Shown here piece by piece: positions 14,001-27,457 of a DNA stretch of 64,000 bases. Source of the DNA: Raillietiella orientalis (lineage: Eukaryota). The first letter of the stretch is position 1. Each line of letters begins with the position of its first letter. Position numbers and translations under genes: made by a program. The notes below the pieces were generated by a model. That model worked only from the letters and a program-made list of their open reading frames with translations. It did no database searches and had not been told where the DNA came from. The DNA is taken from positions 11,656,001-11,720,000 of the forward strand of contig JAYWIR010000001.1 of NCBI GenBank assembly GCA_036172245.1. Reading direction: 5' to 3'.

Positions 14001-15916
14001 TCAAGAGGAATCTCCTGCATCATCATCATCAACATCTAGTTTCTCACTGGTTCCCCAAAGAAAAACATGACCTTCTGCTGCTGTCAACAAGAATCCCCTT
14101 GTTGGGTGGAAACTAATTGAATGTACAACTCGGCAGCCTGGATGCTTCAGAGTTGTTCTCAAGTTGCTTTCAATAAGATCCCAGCAATACACCTGACCAT
14201 CTTCTGATCCACTGAACACTGAAGTGTCTGTGCAAGACAAGCAGCTGTTAATACAGTAATCATTCTGTTTGTGGCCAGCATATCTAAGACAGATTCACGT
14301 TTTTTGTACAACAAGTTATCATAACTCACTCTCCTAGAAGCTCTCCTGTTTCTTTGTCAAATAACTTAATGGAGCTCTTCATACAGCTTACTAAAATGCA
14401 CTGACCATCTCGAGTGAAATTAATGGAAGTCAGAGGCTGGCCAACATAATCAGCAAATAGCTTTCCATTTCGTATATCATATCTCCTGATCTGGCAGTCT
14501 GCAGATCCTGATAATATCTCATGATCAGATACCTGAACCGAAGTAACACTGTCTTGTGCTTCACTTAGAGTCTGCAAAAGAAAATAAAATACAATTTTTT
14601 ATGTTATCTTATATGTTACATTCGATCTTTAGCATAGATACCTGAATTGGTTCTTTACGATGACTTTTACAATCCCAAAGCTTCACAGTACCATCTATAG
14701 AAGCAGAGGCTACAACAGAAGAGTCTTCATTGAATGCTATGCAATTCACTGTGCCTGCATGCCCCCTGTACTTCTTCAATGGAACTCCTGTACTTACATC
14801 CCAAATTATGATACTTTTATCAAGACCACAAGAGGCAATCTGTCTGCAATTCCACAAAATCAAGATATTACTTAATCACATAAGTATATATATGATAAAA
14901 AGAATTATGTTCTTACATACAAGTACTCTTTCAAAACTTTACTTGGGATTGCTGACGTACCTAAGGCCAAAGTGTATACAAGAATTTACAGTAGAATACA
15001 TAAACCCAAGAGGCTTTTTTAAGTTAAGTTTGTGTGCATGCAATGTATTTCATTTATTCAGCAGTATTTTTAACTTATATGTGCCGATTTCTTATATTGT
15101 GATTGTACATGGATTAATGAAACAAACCAACTGAAAGGTTTGCCTAAACTGTCTAAACTTATTTAAAATTTGTACAAACCAACTGCCTAAACTTATTTAT
15201 AATTAGTACAATTCCTGAACAACTGTTTTGTATATATTCAAGATTTGAAAATTCAGTAGATGGAAAATTTACAGCGATGATAAACTTAGAATCTCTCTAT
15301 TATTTTAATTTTAAAAAGCATGTTCTGCATGGAGAAACATGTGAAAATAGTGACTCCAAGTCATACAGTGCACAGTCTTGTAGCATTCATTATTTTAGGG
15401 ATGATACGAAGCACTGTGCCCCTCAAACCAAAAAAAACCCCTCTGTTTCCCTACACCTCTGTTTTCTTAATTCTGATCAAGCAAATCTTCCAAATCCTCA
15501 ACAAGCTGTTTGACATACATGGGCAAAAGTTTTTTTTTTTCTTCTACAGAATGCATTTCCAAGGAGAATCAGGATTAACACAAAAAAAATTCGGGATTTT
15601 CAAACAAATAATACTCTGAGCCATCCACAATTTTTACCCATTATCGCAGGAACTTCTGGCATCTAAAACTTCATATCCATGACCGTTATATGATTTCAAG
15701 AATAAACACTTATATGGATTCCACAGCTTTACACTCTTATCTGAACCACATGTTAGACAATAATTTCCATCAACTGAAAGGTTGAAACAAATATGCCGTA
15801 CTCCAATTTACAGTCTCTCGTTTACCATTAAATCTCACAGCCCTTACAGCTCCTTGCTTACACTCCAAAGTCCTCAACAAAAACGTTGGAATATCTGAAC
15901 TACTTGTGTTCATCAT
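14001..15916 (-). CDS. WDR83: WD repeat protein 83 (MORG1)
   Basis: 5 exons: 15916-15826, 15773-15638, 14843-14642, 14571-14330, 14283-14001. Motifs TLECKQGAVRAVRFNVDGNYCLTCGSDK, GHGYEVLDA, VSDHEILSGS, DKETGELLGEY.GH. Confidence 0.96.
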
Positions 15917-18900
15917 TCATATATGAAACGTTTGTATTTCCTGAAGTACATAAAACCTTTGAATCTAAATATGGATTATTGAATAAGTTGCCATTGGAAA
16001 AGTGCCTGCCATACCCAACACTTATGTACTGACACCTGAATCTGGCGGACGCTGGCACCGTCGCATATTTTAATTTTGGCGCATATTTTAAACAAAAAAC
16101 GGTACATTTACATTTTGAAGGTTATGCATACATGTACGATAGATGTACATGTAAAGTGTGATGCTATTCCGGTATGCTCTGCTTACGAAGAGCGGTGTAG
16201 AGTACCAACACAGTAAATCAAATTCAAAGGGATCGTCGACATGGATTGCCAATTTTCGGGATCTTTGGATTTCGATTTCATTTAAGGTTCTCTCCTCCAG
16301 GACACCTTTGGTTCAGGACATGCTTCAAGAATAAGTCAGTTTCGTTGCACCTACTCCCCCGAGGCCTGCAATGCATGATTTGACTTTCTTTGAAACTATT
16401 CCAAGCCGGAAATATTTCAAAGATTCATGGAACATTCTGATGTGCAAGTTGCATAAATGAAAATGATGACTCGAGCTGGAGTTGGTGCTCACAGAGAAAG
16501 TGAATAAACTTGATCACAACGAACTAATTTCCCGAACGGCATCAATTGAGAATATGGAAGCAAATGGGTCATTCCCGAAAACATCAAGACACTCGAGACA
16601 GTTAAAAATGGGTCAAGAACTTTCGGTTCCTATGCAAGATGATTTTAGATGATGGGATATATATAAAAAGTACCTTAGAAATGCATCACAACTTTATCTC
16701 TCCCAGGAAAAACAAAAGTTGATCGTGGTTAGTACTCAGTATCCATAACATAAATTCTGTTAGAAAGATTAAGTAAATTAAGCCATTCCTTCATTCTGCA
16801 AAAACGTAATCGTCACATTTGGAATAACTTACATTTCAATATTTAGAAAAAAATAAAAGTTGTAACCATGAGTATTGACTATTTAACCAAAAATTACTTT
16901 TAAATAATGCAAATCATTGCTATTCTTTAACCAAGAAAGTAAACAATAAAAACAGAAAACTTCATACGATAAAATGGAAACAACGTAAGATGTAACCTGA
17001 AATTACGCATAGCCAAAATTAAAAAAAAACCCTGAAAAAAGGGATCAAGATATAGCACTGTTGTTTCCTTGTTAGAAAGCTATCAATCATTCACGAAAAT
17101 CATTCAATGTCTTGAATATGTACTATTCTAAGTATTGCAAATTTAGGTATCAATATAGTCAGGCAAAGTGCCTAACTATATAAAGAAGTCTTCCGCCCTG
17201 ACAGAAGGCTTCTGGCACCCCTGATATACCTCGTCTATTAACGTACCCTGACTATATCTTTGTAATCCCCACACGATCACAATTTGATATAGAGAACAGA
17301 TATTATTAAACACCGTTTAATAGTGATTTTGTCGTCGATATCTGCACTCAATAGTCCAGATCAGTATTGGGAATGATTGCAACCCGAATTAAAAGGAGGC
17401 ATTTTTATAATTACTCATATACTTTGGGGTGATTAACTTTGTTTTTGAGATTTTCACACAGATTAACCGTAACGCGTTCAAACAAAATTAAAAAAAAAAG
17501 AGATGAAAGAACGAATTCTTGTACCGCTTAAGAAGAGAGAAAATCATGTGTATTTGAATATCACATCTGGAGTGGAAAACAGGATTACTTAAAATCAGGT
17601 GGAGACACTGTTCTGTGAAAAGTTTGAAATTCACAAGAGACGAGAATCATGGAGTCGCATGAGAGTACTCGAAACTGCAGAAATAAATAGAAGAAGAATT
17701 TCTGGAAAAAAAACAAAAACAAAAGGAAAGAAAGAATACAAATGAAACAAATGACAGTACAAGCATCTTCTACAAAGTTGGCAATCTGTCCGAGGGTTTG
17801 TCTCTTGTTCCTTCATGAGGGAATCGTCTTGCATAAGATTGGGACTACGTCGTGGAAAAAAAAAAAAAGAATTCGGAATGCATAATCATTCAACTCGTGC
17901 CGCTTTTCAGATCTTTCAGATAATGACAAGCCCACCAGTAAAGTAACCAGTAGAACTAACTAAACCTCAAACGCCTCGTACTCTTGAATTTTGAGATGGT
18001 CAGCAGAAATCCTCTTGATCATTCAGCAAATAACGGGAATTATTTTCATTCACTGCAATCCTACATCAAAGAATTTTTTCTATCTGTCATCAGGTTTAAT
18101 ACACAACAGATGTTACCTCTCGTACAAACACATCTCAACCCGGGTATCAGGCAAATACTCCATTACTAATAACATTATTTTGGAAACAAATTCTAATCTA
18201 ATAGTGTTATTTAAATTCCCTTGAATGGAAATTGCTCTGGAAACGAAGAATAACTTTCCTTATCAGGTAAATTGGAACAAACACAGTTCTATTGGAAGAA
18301 TGATCTAGACTTTGTTCTTATCTTTTAATTTTAATAGTCTGTGCAAGACTGTTTTGTTTCAAAACTGGATAGCATGTTTTCCAAAAGATTTTGATTAGTT
18401 TCAGACTTCGTCTTCATTTTGTTTCATTAGTTACTGGCTCCCAGTTTGAACTCATTGTTTGCTGTAAGAAATAGTGAAAAATTGTTTGGATATAACCTTC
18501 CATCCAGTTTGGATTTGGAACGGCTACTGGGAACACTGACTGCTTCTTCTCCGGACGAATCTCCAACGAAGGGTCGACTGATTATTTTGCGGATCTCGAT
18601 TTCAAGTGGAATCACCGTTCACTTGGGCATAGCATTGGAGTGTAATTAATTTTTTTTGGATTCAGTAGAATATCATTAGATACAATACCATCTCCATTTT
18701 TGTTATTTGAAACAAAATTTTTCATTTGGAAATGCGATTCGGATATTTTAATGCAGGAAACTGGAATCACACAGAACATGTTTCAATGTAACTGAAAACC
18801 AAGAAAGACTTTTTTCTGCTACTTATTTCACTATCTTGCAAACAGAGGTTAACTTAAAAGACTTCAATGTAGAAGATGCTTGCATACATGAAACGACTTG

Positions 18901-20799
18901 ATCTATATCTCTATTTTCTGCGAATATTTATCTTTCAATTTATTTCGGCCTATCATGTTTTTACCGTTCTCCGTCGAGAAAGTCGATCGAATAGATAAAA
19001 GGAAGTCTGGCGTAATGAAAGCTGAAGAATAGAGACTTTATTTATTTATATTTATTCTGTGGTATTTAATTATATGTATGAGTTCTTGCTGGAGAATGGA
19101 AGGAAAATTGAATTAAACAAACCCTTTGATAGCGATGTTTGTGGAACACATTCTGTCGTCTTCTCGGGATAGAAATGGAGACACGGACTGCTACCACTGG
19201 GCCTTTAAAGAATATGGAGGATAAAAAAGAAATACTAATCACATGTTCACAGTGCACATGATTTATTTTGGTAACAGTTCCGAGAGATCTCTCAAGAGTT
19301 CTGTGTGGAAGTTGTATGTGAAGTTGTTGAAAGAAGAAGCTGTTCTGTATTGAAGTTGCTGAATATGGCAGATGTCGATATCGCAGCTCTTTCTACTCAG
19401 AACTGTATCTAATCCGGATCGCTATCAAAGCTCACAAATAATGAACAAGTAAGTGGACAGCTCCAAGATTTGAGGGACAGTTTCATAAGGAATAACTTCA
19501 TAGTCCTATACATTAAGGTTGTAGAGATGAGTCTGAAGACGAAGGGTCAGAAAAACTGTAGAAGGAGGAATGAATGGCATATGTTGGTAAAAGCATTCAT
19601 TTTTGATGCAGTCATTTTTTTTTTATTCTGGAAGTGACTGGAGATTCAGGTGGAGATCAAGAAGAGCACTGGACAAAGCATTAATAGGCGTTTCAAAAGA
19701 GGTAGGAGGTTAGAGGAGACCTGGACTATGTGACAGCAATCAGATGTCAAACCCATTACTTAATGCTGGGAGCTTCTGGAGCATTCCTGTGGCATGCCAA
19801 GAAACCTCTGCAAGCCTTGTCACACATCCCATCACTGTCGTGAACGTAAGAGATACGTGAGTCTGGATCATCAGAATAGAGCAGAACCTTGGCTTCACTG
19901 CATCAGTAGCAAAGGAACTGCACTTTCTCAAAGACCTCATCAAACCTGCAAAGAAACCGAATGATCAGAAGGAGAAATCAAACAACACCCGTCTCAATCT
20001 TCCGGAAGCACGTAAAGAAACTAAAGGAAAAAAAATTAAACTGATGGGAAAGGTGCTCCAAGAAGTTCTCTATTGAGAAGTATCACAGATCTGAAAGACA
20101 ATGTGGAAGAACTAGAAATGCCAGCATACATACTGGAGCGGACTCAGGTGGAGATCAAGAAGAGCACTGGACAAATTAAGATGCGAAAATGATAGAAAGG
20201 GAAGACGGTAGACTCAGGAGAATTCTGAAGGAAAATAAAGTAAGGAACGAATATCGACGGAGGAGAAAACAGCATGAGAGGACGAGGAGTAAAGACATCG
20301 AGTCTTAGTAAAAGGACTGCAGGGACTCAGGAGTTGGAATAATGCAAAAAACCTACACTGCTTTTTGGAAATCATGATGAAACTAAGACGGTTGTTGGAG
20401 TTTTCTGAGCTTGTCCACAGCTGCAAGAAATGCCTGTTTAGTAGCAGAGAATTCCAATTTATGATATGCTTATCCTGAAACACTCGGAAGTGATCATGCC
20501 CTTGGAATGGCAACGGCGAAAAGCATGGAATTCTGTGCTGGGAGATGGAACGATTCGCGATCTCGTAGGTTAAACGAGCTGGAAGTACAATGATATCATA
20601 TGAGCAAGGTTCCAAAAATAGAAGGATTTCAAAACTTGCCGCAATAGTTGCCGCAACTACAATAAGGAGAATGTGCACATCACAGACGGAGGATTCAATG
20701 ATTCATACCAAGAATGTAGCACAAAACCTGATCACGCAGCCCTGAGCAGATCGAAGCACTCAACTCGGAGAAACAAATGAGAATTCAGGAGTACCTGTG

Positions 20800-22650
20800 G
20801 CATACATGAACTCGTGTCTGATCTTATCTGCAGCTGGGTCCTCATGAAGAGCGTAGCTACCTTCCACTGTAGATGGTGCATCCACGAAAAAGCACCAGGT
20901 AGCTGCCTTGCTAAAATGACAGAAAATACAGTCTTCCTGGTATCCATTTATAAAATTGATTCCACAGATGGTGAAGATGATTTTAAAAAAATGATTTCGA
21001 TCTTTTGACGCAGTTCCCTGCAAGAAATAAGTAAAATCGTAAGGAAAATCGGATGAAATATAGAAAAGACCACCTAGAAGCTCGAATTTAGGGAGAATAC
21101 AGCCTCGAGGATGCCTCGAGGACGAAATTTATCACAGAACTATTGGTTCCAAAAATATGGCTGTTTGAGCGCGTGAACATGCAAAAAAGGCCACTGGAGA
21201 TTTTTTGGTCATTCAGCGTTAGACATCGTGAAGACTGGAGACAATTGGGTCGGAACTTCTCACTCTAGTACGAAATGGCCGTGTAAATGCTGTCCAAGAT
21301 CTGGAACTAGAAACTCATCGGGAATCATAATTCTAGGCGTATCCAGCACGCCAAAGAAACATCGTGATGGTCATTATTTTCTACACGTTGTCCGAAACGC
21401 TTCATCAACAAAACCAGGAAAACAAGTCACGTTGTAGTGGTATGATAAAGCAAACACACTATTAAGCGCGTATCAAAATAAGAATACCGTAACTCTGAAA
21501 ATTCTTAGAAATCCACCAACAACAACTTGCATGAATATGTGATCCAGAGTCGTGATCCAAACGCACAGGAGACTTCAACATAGATCTTGAGATCGCACTG
21601 AGAAATATCAAAAAATTTCCTATACTGGAGGGAGGCATAAATCAAGAAGAGGCAAAGATCACCGTAACCCATGATCACAACGTCGTTTTTCCCTCTCGAG
21701 ATTAGCGTAAGTGGTACAAATGCTTGATTTTTTCCAAATGCTGGGCGAGTGGCTAAAATAATAATGAATCTGAAGAAACGAAGATACAACAGTAAACGCC
21801 AATCTTGTAGACTAACGGAAGAAGGAAGGAACATACCACTGTCGAACAAGGAAACACCAGGATCTGCCACTTTGTGCCAAAGCTTTACATCCTGCTAGGA
21901 AGCACCAAAGCTTTAAGCTATTTCTTCGGGTTAGGCTTTATCTACTGAAATGCAAATCTTTGCTTCAGGAGCGAGGCTTCCCAGTGGAATATGTTTGCAG
22001 ATGCAGGCCACTTTGGAAGGTGGTTCTTTCTAACAGCATATAAGAAAAAAAAAGACATGCGTTCAACAACTGGATAATCCAACTTTTCGGGGGAACAAAA
22101 CCAAGACGACACATTAAATGATCCGGAAAGAGCTATAAAAGACTTAGTTTGATCAAATTTTGCAAGATAGAATCGCATGTACTTACAAAAAATTGGTTTT
22201 TCCTCATTGCGTAATAGACAACGTTGTGTGCAGTGTCGAGGGTGACGCTGAGAAATGACAAAAGGGAGAGATGCCTATAAAATGCAAAAGCTCGACCATC
22301 TTTAAAGCGTTCAGTGTAGAGCAAGTATCACTCTATGTGTATCTTGTTTACTCAAAGAAAATTTTTTGTTGGGAAAGCATTAAATTTTATTGTTATTATC
22401 GGACGGAATAGATCACTACATACGCAAGGGCGACAGGAAACTCCTGAAGACCTGGGCCGCAAAGGACCGAGTTAAGAACAGCAATTATCAAAACAAGTCA
22501 CTTTGGAAGTCTCTATGCCGCTGCTGGTGGAAAAATCTCAGGTTGGAGCACAAGGAAACTTGTGATAGGAGAAGTTTTGCAAAAATACTGCGAGCAACAG
22601 GTATAATCTTGAAGTGGGCTGTAAGGTACTCAGCTGGTGAATGAAAAACC
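20800..22650 (+). mobile_element. Highly decayed LTR retrotransposon, possibly BEL/Pao
   Basis: Only broken, collinear motif remnants: KTGDNWV (~21230), KIW.LE..IGI-like (~21300), DGHYFL (~21365), and LKTWAAKDRV..SLWK (22440-22510), resembling the Pao RNase H motif KTFVANRV..W. Many stops and frameshifts; boundaries approximate. Confidence 0.4.
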
Positions 22651-23767
22651 ATAGACATTAAAATTGCAGTCAATGGCTCACATATGGCAGAAAGAATGAA
22701 CTCAAAATAGGAGCACAGAAATCGAGGCTACACCTGGACATAAAGCAAGGAGTTCTTATTCAGACGGAGATGGACTTCTCGATGAAGTGGAGCACATCAT
22801 TCTGAATGTCGTGCATTAGGCAGGCAGCAAGATTGAAGTTCTCCCTTGTATATCAGAGGACAAATTTCCAAAGCGAGAGATGCCTATGGAATATATGATA
22901 CCTTACGTAATTTGGGGAGGTCAAGAAATCTAAGTCATGAAAAGGAACAGCCGAAACCATTTTATACGGGAATGCTGAGGTCCCGTCGGGAACATCGAGA
23001 AGGGCTTCGAATAATTAAATCTAATGACGAGCTATGGTTAATTTTCTATCACTATTTCATCGTGACAGCAGGAAATAAGAGGGCGAAGGAAACTGCTAAA
23101 AACAGGTAAAGACTCGTTCTAGAGAACAAACGTGAGATAGTTCCTCATGAGGATAGTGTGGTCACATCCTGTTAGGATAATTCAAAAGCATTGCTTAATA
23201 ACATCATGGTGATTACAGTTCGTGATGAAAAAGAATAAGAAATAAGTGTCCTGAGGTTACAGGCACAAAGGTGCCTCGGTTCTGCATCTTATAATGCAGT
23301 TCAATGAAGTGCATGAAACGTGAAGAATCTGCTTCCCAAGAGAAACACTGTTGCAAGAACCGGCTCCTTCGGAAATAAGATCGGGGAAACAAACATTGAA
23401 ATTAAAACGAAGGGCAACCAGCCGAAGGGAATTTCCCTTTCCACCTAGCCATGGGAAGGGGAATTTTTCTCTGATCTCGCTGTCCAAACAGGAAGGTCAT
23501 GGAACGTCGTTTTTCGTGTGCACTCATTTCAACGTCGGTCACCAGCGCTGGTAGGGATGCCAAGCGTTCCTTCTGCACCAAACTGAAGGCATCTGAAGAC
23601 CGAGCACGTGATGTATTTTTCATCATTGCATTTCCTACCGACGTGGGGAGAGGAAGATATGGTTGCAGCTTTATGGATCGAGTGAAACCGTGTGAAATTC
23701 GGATGTAATACAACAGACCGCTTTCTTCGTTCGCTTACGTGTTTTGTTCCATCACACATGATGCATC

Positions 23768-26700
23768 ATGACCTTTCTTCAGGTAAGAACTTTCGTGCAT
23801 GGGGTTTGAGTAATTTTTTTTCTCTTCCTTGCAATAGTGGAGAAAATTCTCATTCTTTGAACTTGCACCAGAAAACGAGATAAGGGAATTATTCCCAGAG
23901 GCGGTATGGTATTTTTTCGAAATCGTTGATTCCCGTTTCCTACGAACGATGCATTCTTGTGCCCCAGGATACAATCTTTGAGCAGGAGCTTTTGACTGTT
24001 CATAAAAACTTAATCGCGGCCAGGGTTGATCAAAATTTTCGTTTGATATATGGTACGTATTTCAGGAATTTCAAATTTCATCATGTTCAAGTGGACATGG
24101 CCATGTTGTACTTGGAGACACTCAAGGAAATATACATATCCTAGTCAGATCTTTAGAAGTGACGTCTTTCAAAGCATACGAACTGTCTGTATCACATGTT
24201 CTTCATGCTAAAGATGCCAATGTTATTGTGTCAGTGGGGGTAATGTACAGTAAAATTAGTGAGCGCTGTGTCAGTGGATTTTCAGGAAGATGAAGTGGGA
24301 ATTAATCCTTTAATTAAAATATGGAATTTAGATAAGATTGGAAAAAATAAAAAACCATTCTGTACCAGGCTTACTCGTGCTATTTTTAGTCAAACACCTT
24401 ATTTAGTGACAGTCCTTACTGTATTGGAAGACCTCACTTGCATAGCAGTTGGACTTGCAAATGGTGCAGTTGTACTTCATCGAGGTCCGTAAAGTATTTT
24501 TTAAAATCCTATTAGAAAATTGTTTTTATAGGCCATATTGTGCATGATCGTCGGGGTAAGCAGAAAATAGTCCATGATGGCTATGGGCCTGTAACAGGCT
24601 TGGCATTTGGGAAAACTTCCACACTCTCATTTCTTTTTATTGCAACCACTGAGGGCGTTTGGTCGTACTGTGTGTCTCCCAAGGATTGCTCAAACAGAGT
24701 AAGAATCTTGGAATTTTGAACTGCATTATAAGATGTGCAATTTAGACAAAATTGGACAGTCATGGCTGCTATTTGAACTGCTGTGTGGTATCAGAGGTCC
24801 AGGGAGAAATTTTATTTTACTTAGGCAGCAAAGAGGTTTGTATAACAATCAAGGATTCTTAAATTTGGTTTCTTACAGGGAATCTCTTGTTACACTTCAG
24901 AAAGTCGTGGTGGTCTTTATGCATTTGAAGGAGAGAAAGTAGCTATGCACTGGTTTAACAACTATTTGGCAGTGCTTAGCAAGGACATCAGTATCAGAGA
25001 GTTGGTGTCTGGCTTTTCAATTATGACCAAAGAATTATTTTTTCTATTAGTGATGATCATCTAGTGTTGACCATTTATGATATGCAAAGCAAGTTGATAG
25101 CTTTCAATGCACCTGTGCCCAAGGCACAATTGCTGGTTAGCAGTTGGGGATGCTTATACATTCTCACTAGAGATAAACGTTTGCATCAATGCTGGGAAAA
25201 AGATATGAGTACTAAGCTTGAGATGTTGTTTCGCCGAAATCTCTATGATGTAGCAATCCAGTTAGGTTCACCTTTTGCAGTCTGCCTTTACTGTAGGAAC
25301 CTCTAGGTTATCTAAGAACCAGAGTCTAGATCCAGATAGTTTATGCGAAATTTTCCGACAATATGGGGATCACCTGTATGCTAAAGGAGACTATGGCAAT
25401 GCCATTAAACAATATCTTCATACAATTGGCAAGCTGGAGCCTGCATATGTGATTCGGCGATTTTTAGATAGTCGCCACATCCACCATTTAACAGCTTACT
25501 TGAAGGGAATGCATAAAGCAGGCTTAGCTTCTACAGATCATACTACACTTCTAGTAAACTGCTACATCAAACTTGGAGATGAACAGAAACTAGATGAATT
25601 CTTAAGAGATGCAAGCAAGCTGGCTGTTTCACCTTTCTTGGATGTGGTTCAGGCTATCAACATCTGCCGCCAGATGGGCTTTAGCCAACAAGCACTTTGG
25701 TTAGCTCAACATCACGGCATGTATGACTTTTATCTGCAAATTCAATTAGAGGATTATAAAGACTATGGGTCAGCTTTGAAGTATGTAGCCAAATTATCAA
25801 TTGAACAAGTGAGTAATGGAACAATTTGCAAAAATGGTTGTTAGGTGGAGTGCACTATGATACGCTATGGACCACATTTGTTGCAACATGCTCCTCAAGA
25901 AACTCTTGAGCTCTTAAAACTATTGTGTACACACTGGCCATCTGAGGATAGCCCAGGAGAGATCTATAGAGCTGACTCCCAACAAATGCTGCATATTTTT
26001 GCGGATCAAACAGATTTGCTTATTGAATTTCTGGAGTATTTGCTTGAGGTGAAGGAAAGCAACTTGCAACCTAATTCATGGATTACATAGAATCTGGCTG
26101 ATAATCCTGCTGAGCTATATACAACCCTGTTAGATGCGTATCTGACAAAATACGATGCACATGCAGATCAAACTTTCGTCCTTAAGGTTCTGAATTTGCT
26201 CCAAAGGCCCGACAATAAATCTGACTTTGACAAGATGCTCCTGATATGCAGCATACATCATTTTGAGCCTGGTCTCATATTTTTGTACGACAAAACCCAA
26301 AGGTTAGCCAAAACATTGGTGTTATAATGCATCCTGATATCTCATTCAGCTATCATCTGATTCTAAACCATTTTGCTCAGAATGATGACTTCAAAAGCAT
26401 TATCGACACCTGCCGATCTTATTGTTTTCGAGAGCCTTTTCTTTGGGTTTATGCCTTGTGTCATCTGGTAACAGCAGACCAGTCACTCCAGCAGGAATAC
26501 ATGGAGGAACTGCTACAGAAAATAGAAGAACTGCAACTTTTGCAACCAGCCCAAGTCTTAGGCATTCTTCTTCGTTCCTCTGTAACCACTCTGGGAATGG
26601 CACGCAACTTTTTACTCCATGTTTTCAAAAGACACGATCAGCACTGTCAGCAAGATCAACAACTTGTGCAACAGTATGAACATGAAATGGAAGAAGTACG

Positions 26701-27437
26701 TCATGAAGTGGATACTTTGCAAAACAGGTGAGATTGCAGAATATGTAGCAGATGAACTGGTGATTAGTGCTGTAGTGTTTCAAGGTTCCAAATGTGCACT
26801 GTGCAGTTTGCCTTTACAGTTGCCTTCAGTGCATTTTTTATGCCATCATTCATACCACCAAAGCTGTTTGATGGGTTATTCAGATAATGAAACAGAGTGT
26901 CCTGTTTGTTTGCCAAATAATAAGAAAATCCATGACTTAACGAGCAAATGGGATTCAGCCTTAGATTTAGGAGAGGAATTTCATAATGAACTAGAAGAGA
27001 CTCCTGATGTTTTCGAAGTTTTGGGCTCATATTTGGGACGTGGTCTCTTCAACAAATTGAGAACAGAAAAACTCCAAAGTAAGTTATTAAGAAAAGGAGG
27101 AGGGGGGAGGAAAAAGAATTATTTAGGTGAATTCTCTGCTGAAACACCAAGCCAAGTGGCATCAGTCAAAGAATCCGTTTTTCATAATACTAAACAAGTG
27201 GCTACTCAGCCTGCAGCCATTTTGAGTGAGGCACGCATGAGACAGGAATACAAAACTAACATAGCACAAAGTGAATCTGAAGCTCGACTACGTCTAAAAG
27301 AAGGCAAGAAAACTGATGTGCCACAGAACATTCCAAAACATTCAAAGCCCTCCACCAACCCATTTGATGAACCTTTGACCACATCTAAAAATCCATTTGA
27401 ATATGACAGTAGTCTGAATCCATTTGAAGTAGATTAA
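23768..27437 (+). CDS. VPS11: Vacuolar protein sorting 11 (HOPS/CORVET core subunit)
   Basis: Micro-exon 1 23768-23782 (MTFLQ), exon 2 23838-23903 (WRKFSFFE), then multiple GT-AG exons. Motifs SVGEDEVGINPLIKIWNLDK, IFRQYGDHLYAKGD, TTLLVNCYIKL, and RING FQGSKCALC..LPSVHFLCHHSYHQSC..CPVC. Confidence 0.96.
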
Positions 27438-27457
27438 TAAATAGTTCATGCATCATT

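Noticed and set aside
23430..23465. 14-bp stem-loop upstream of VPS11
   Set aside because: Single low-complexity purine/pyrimidine hairpin with no supporting evidence.
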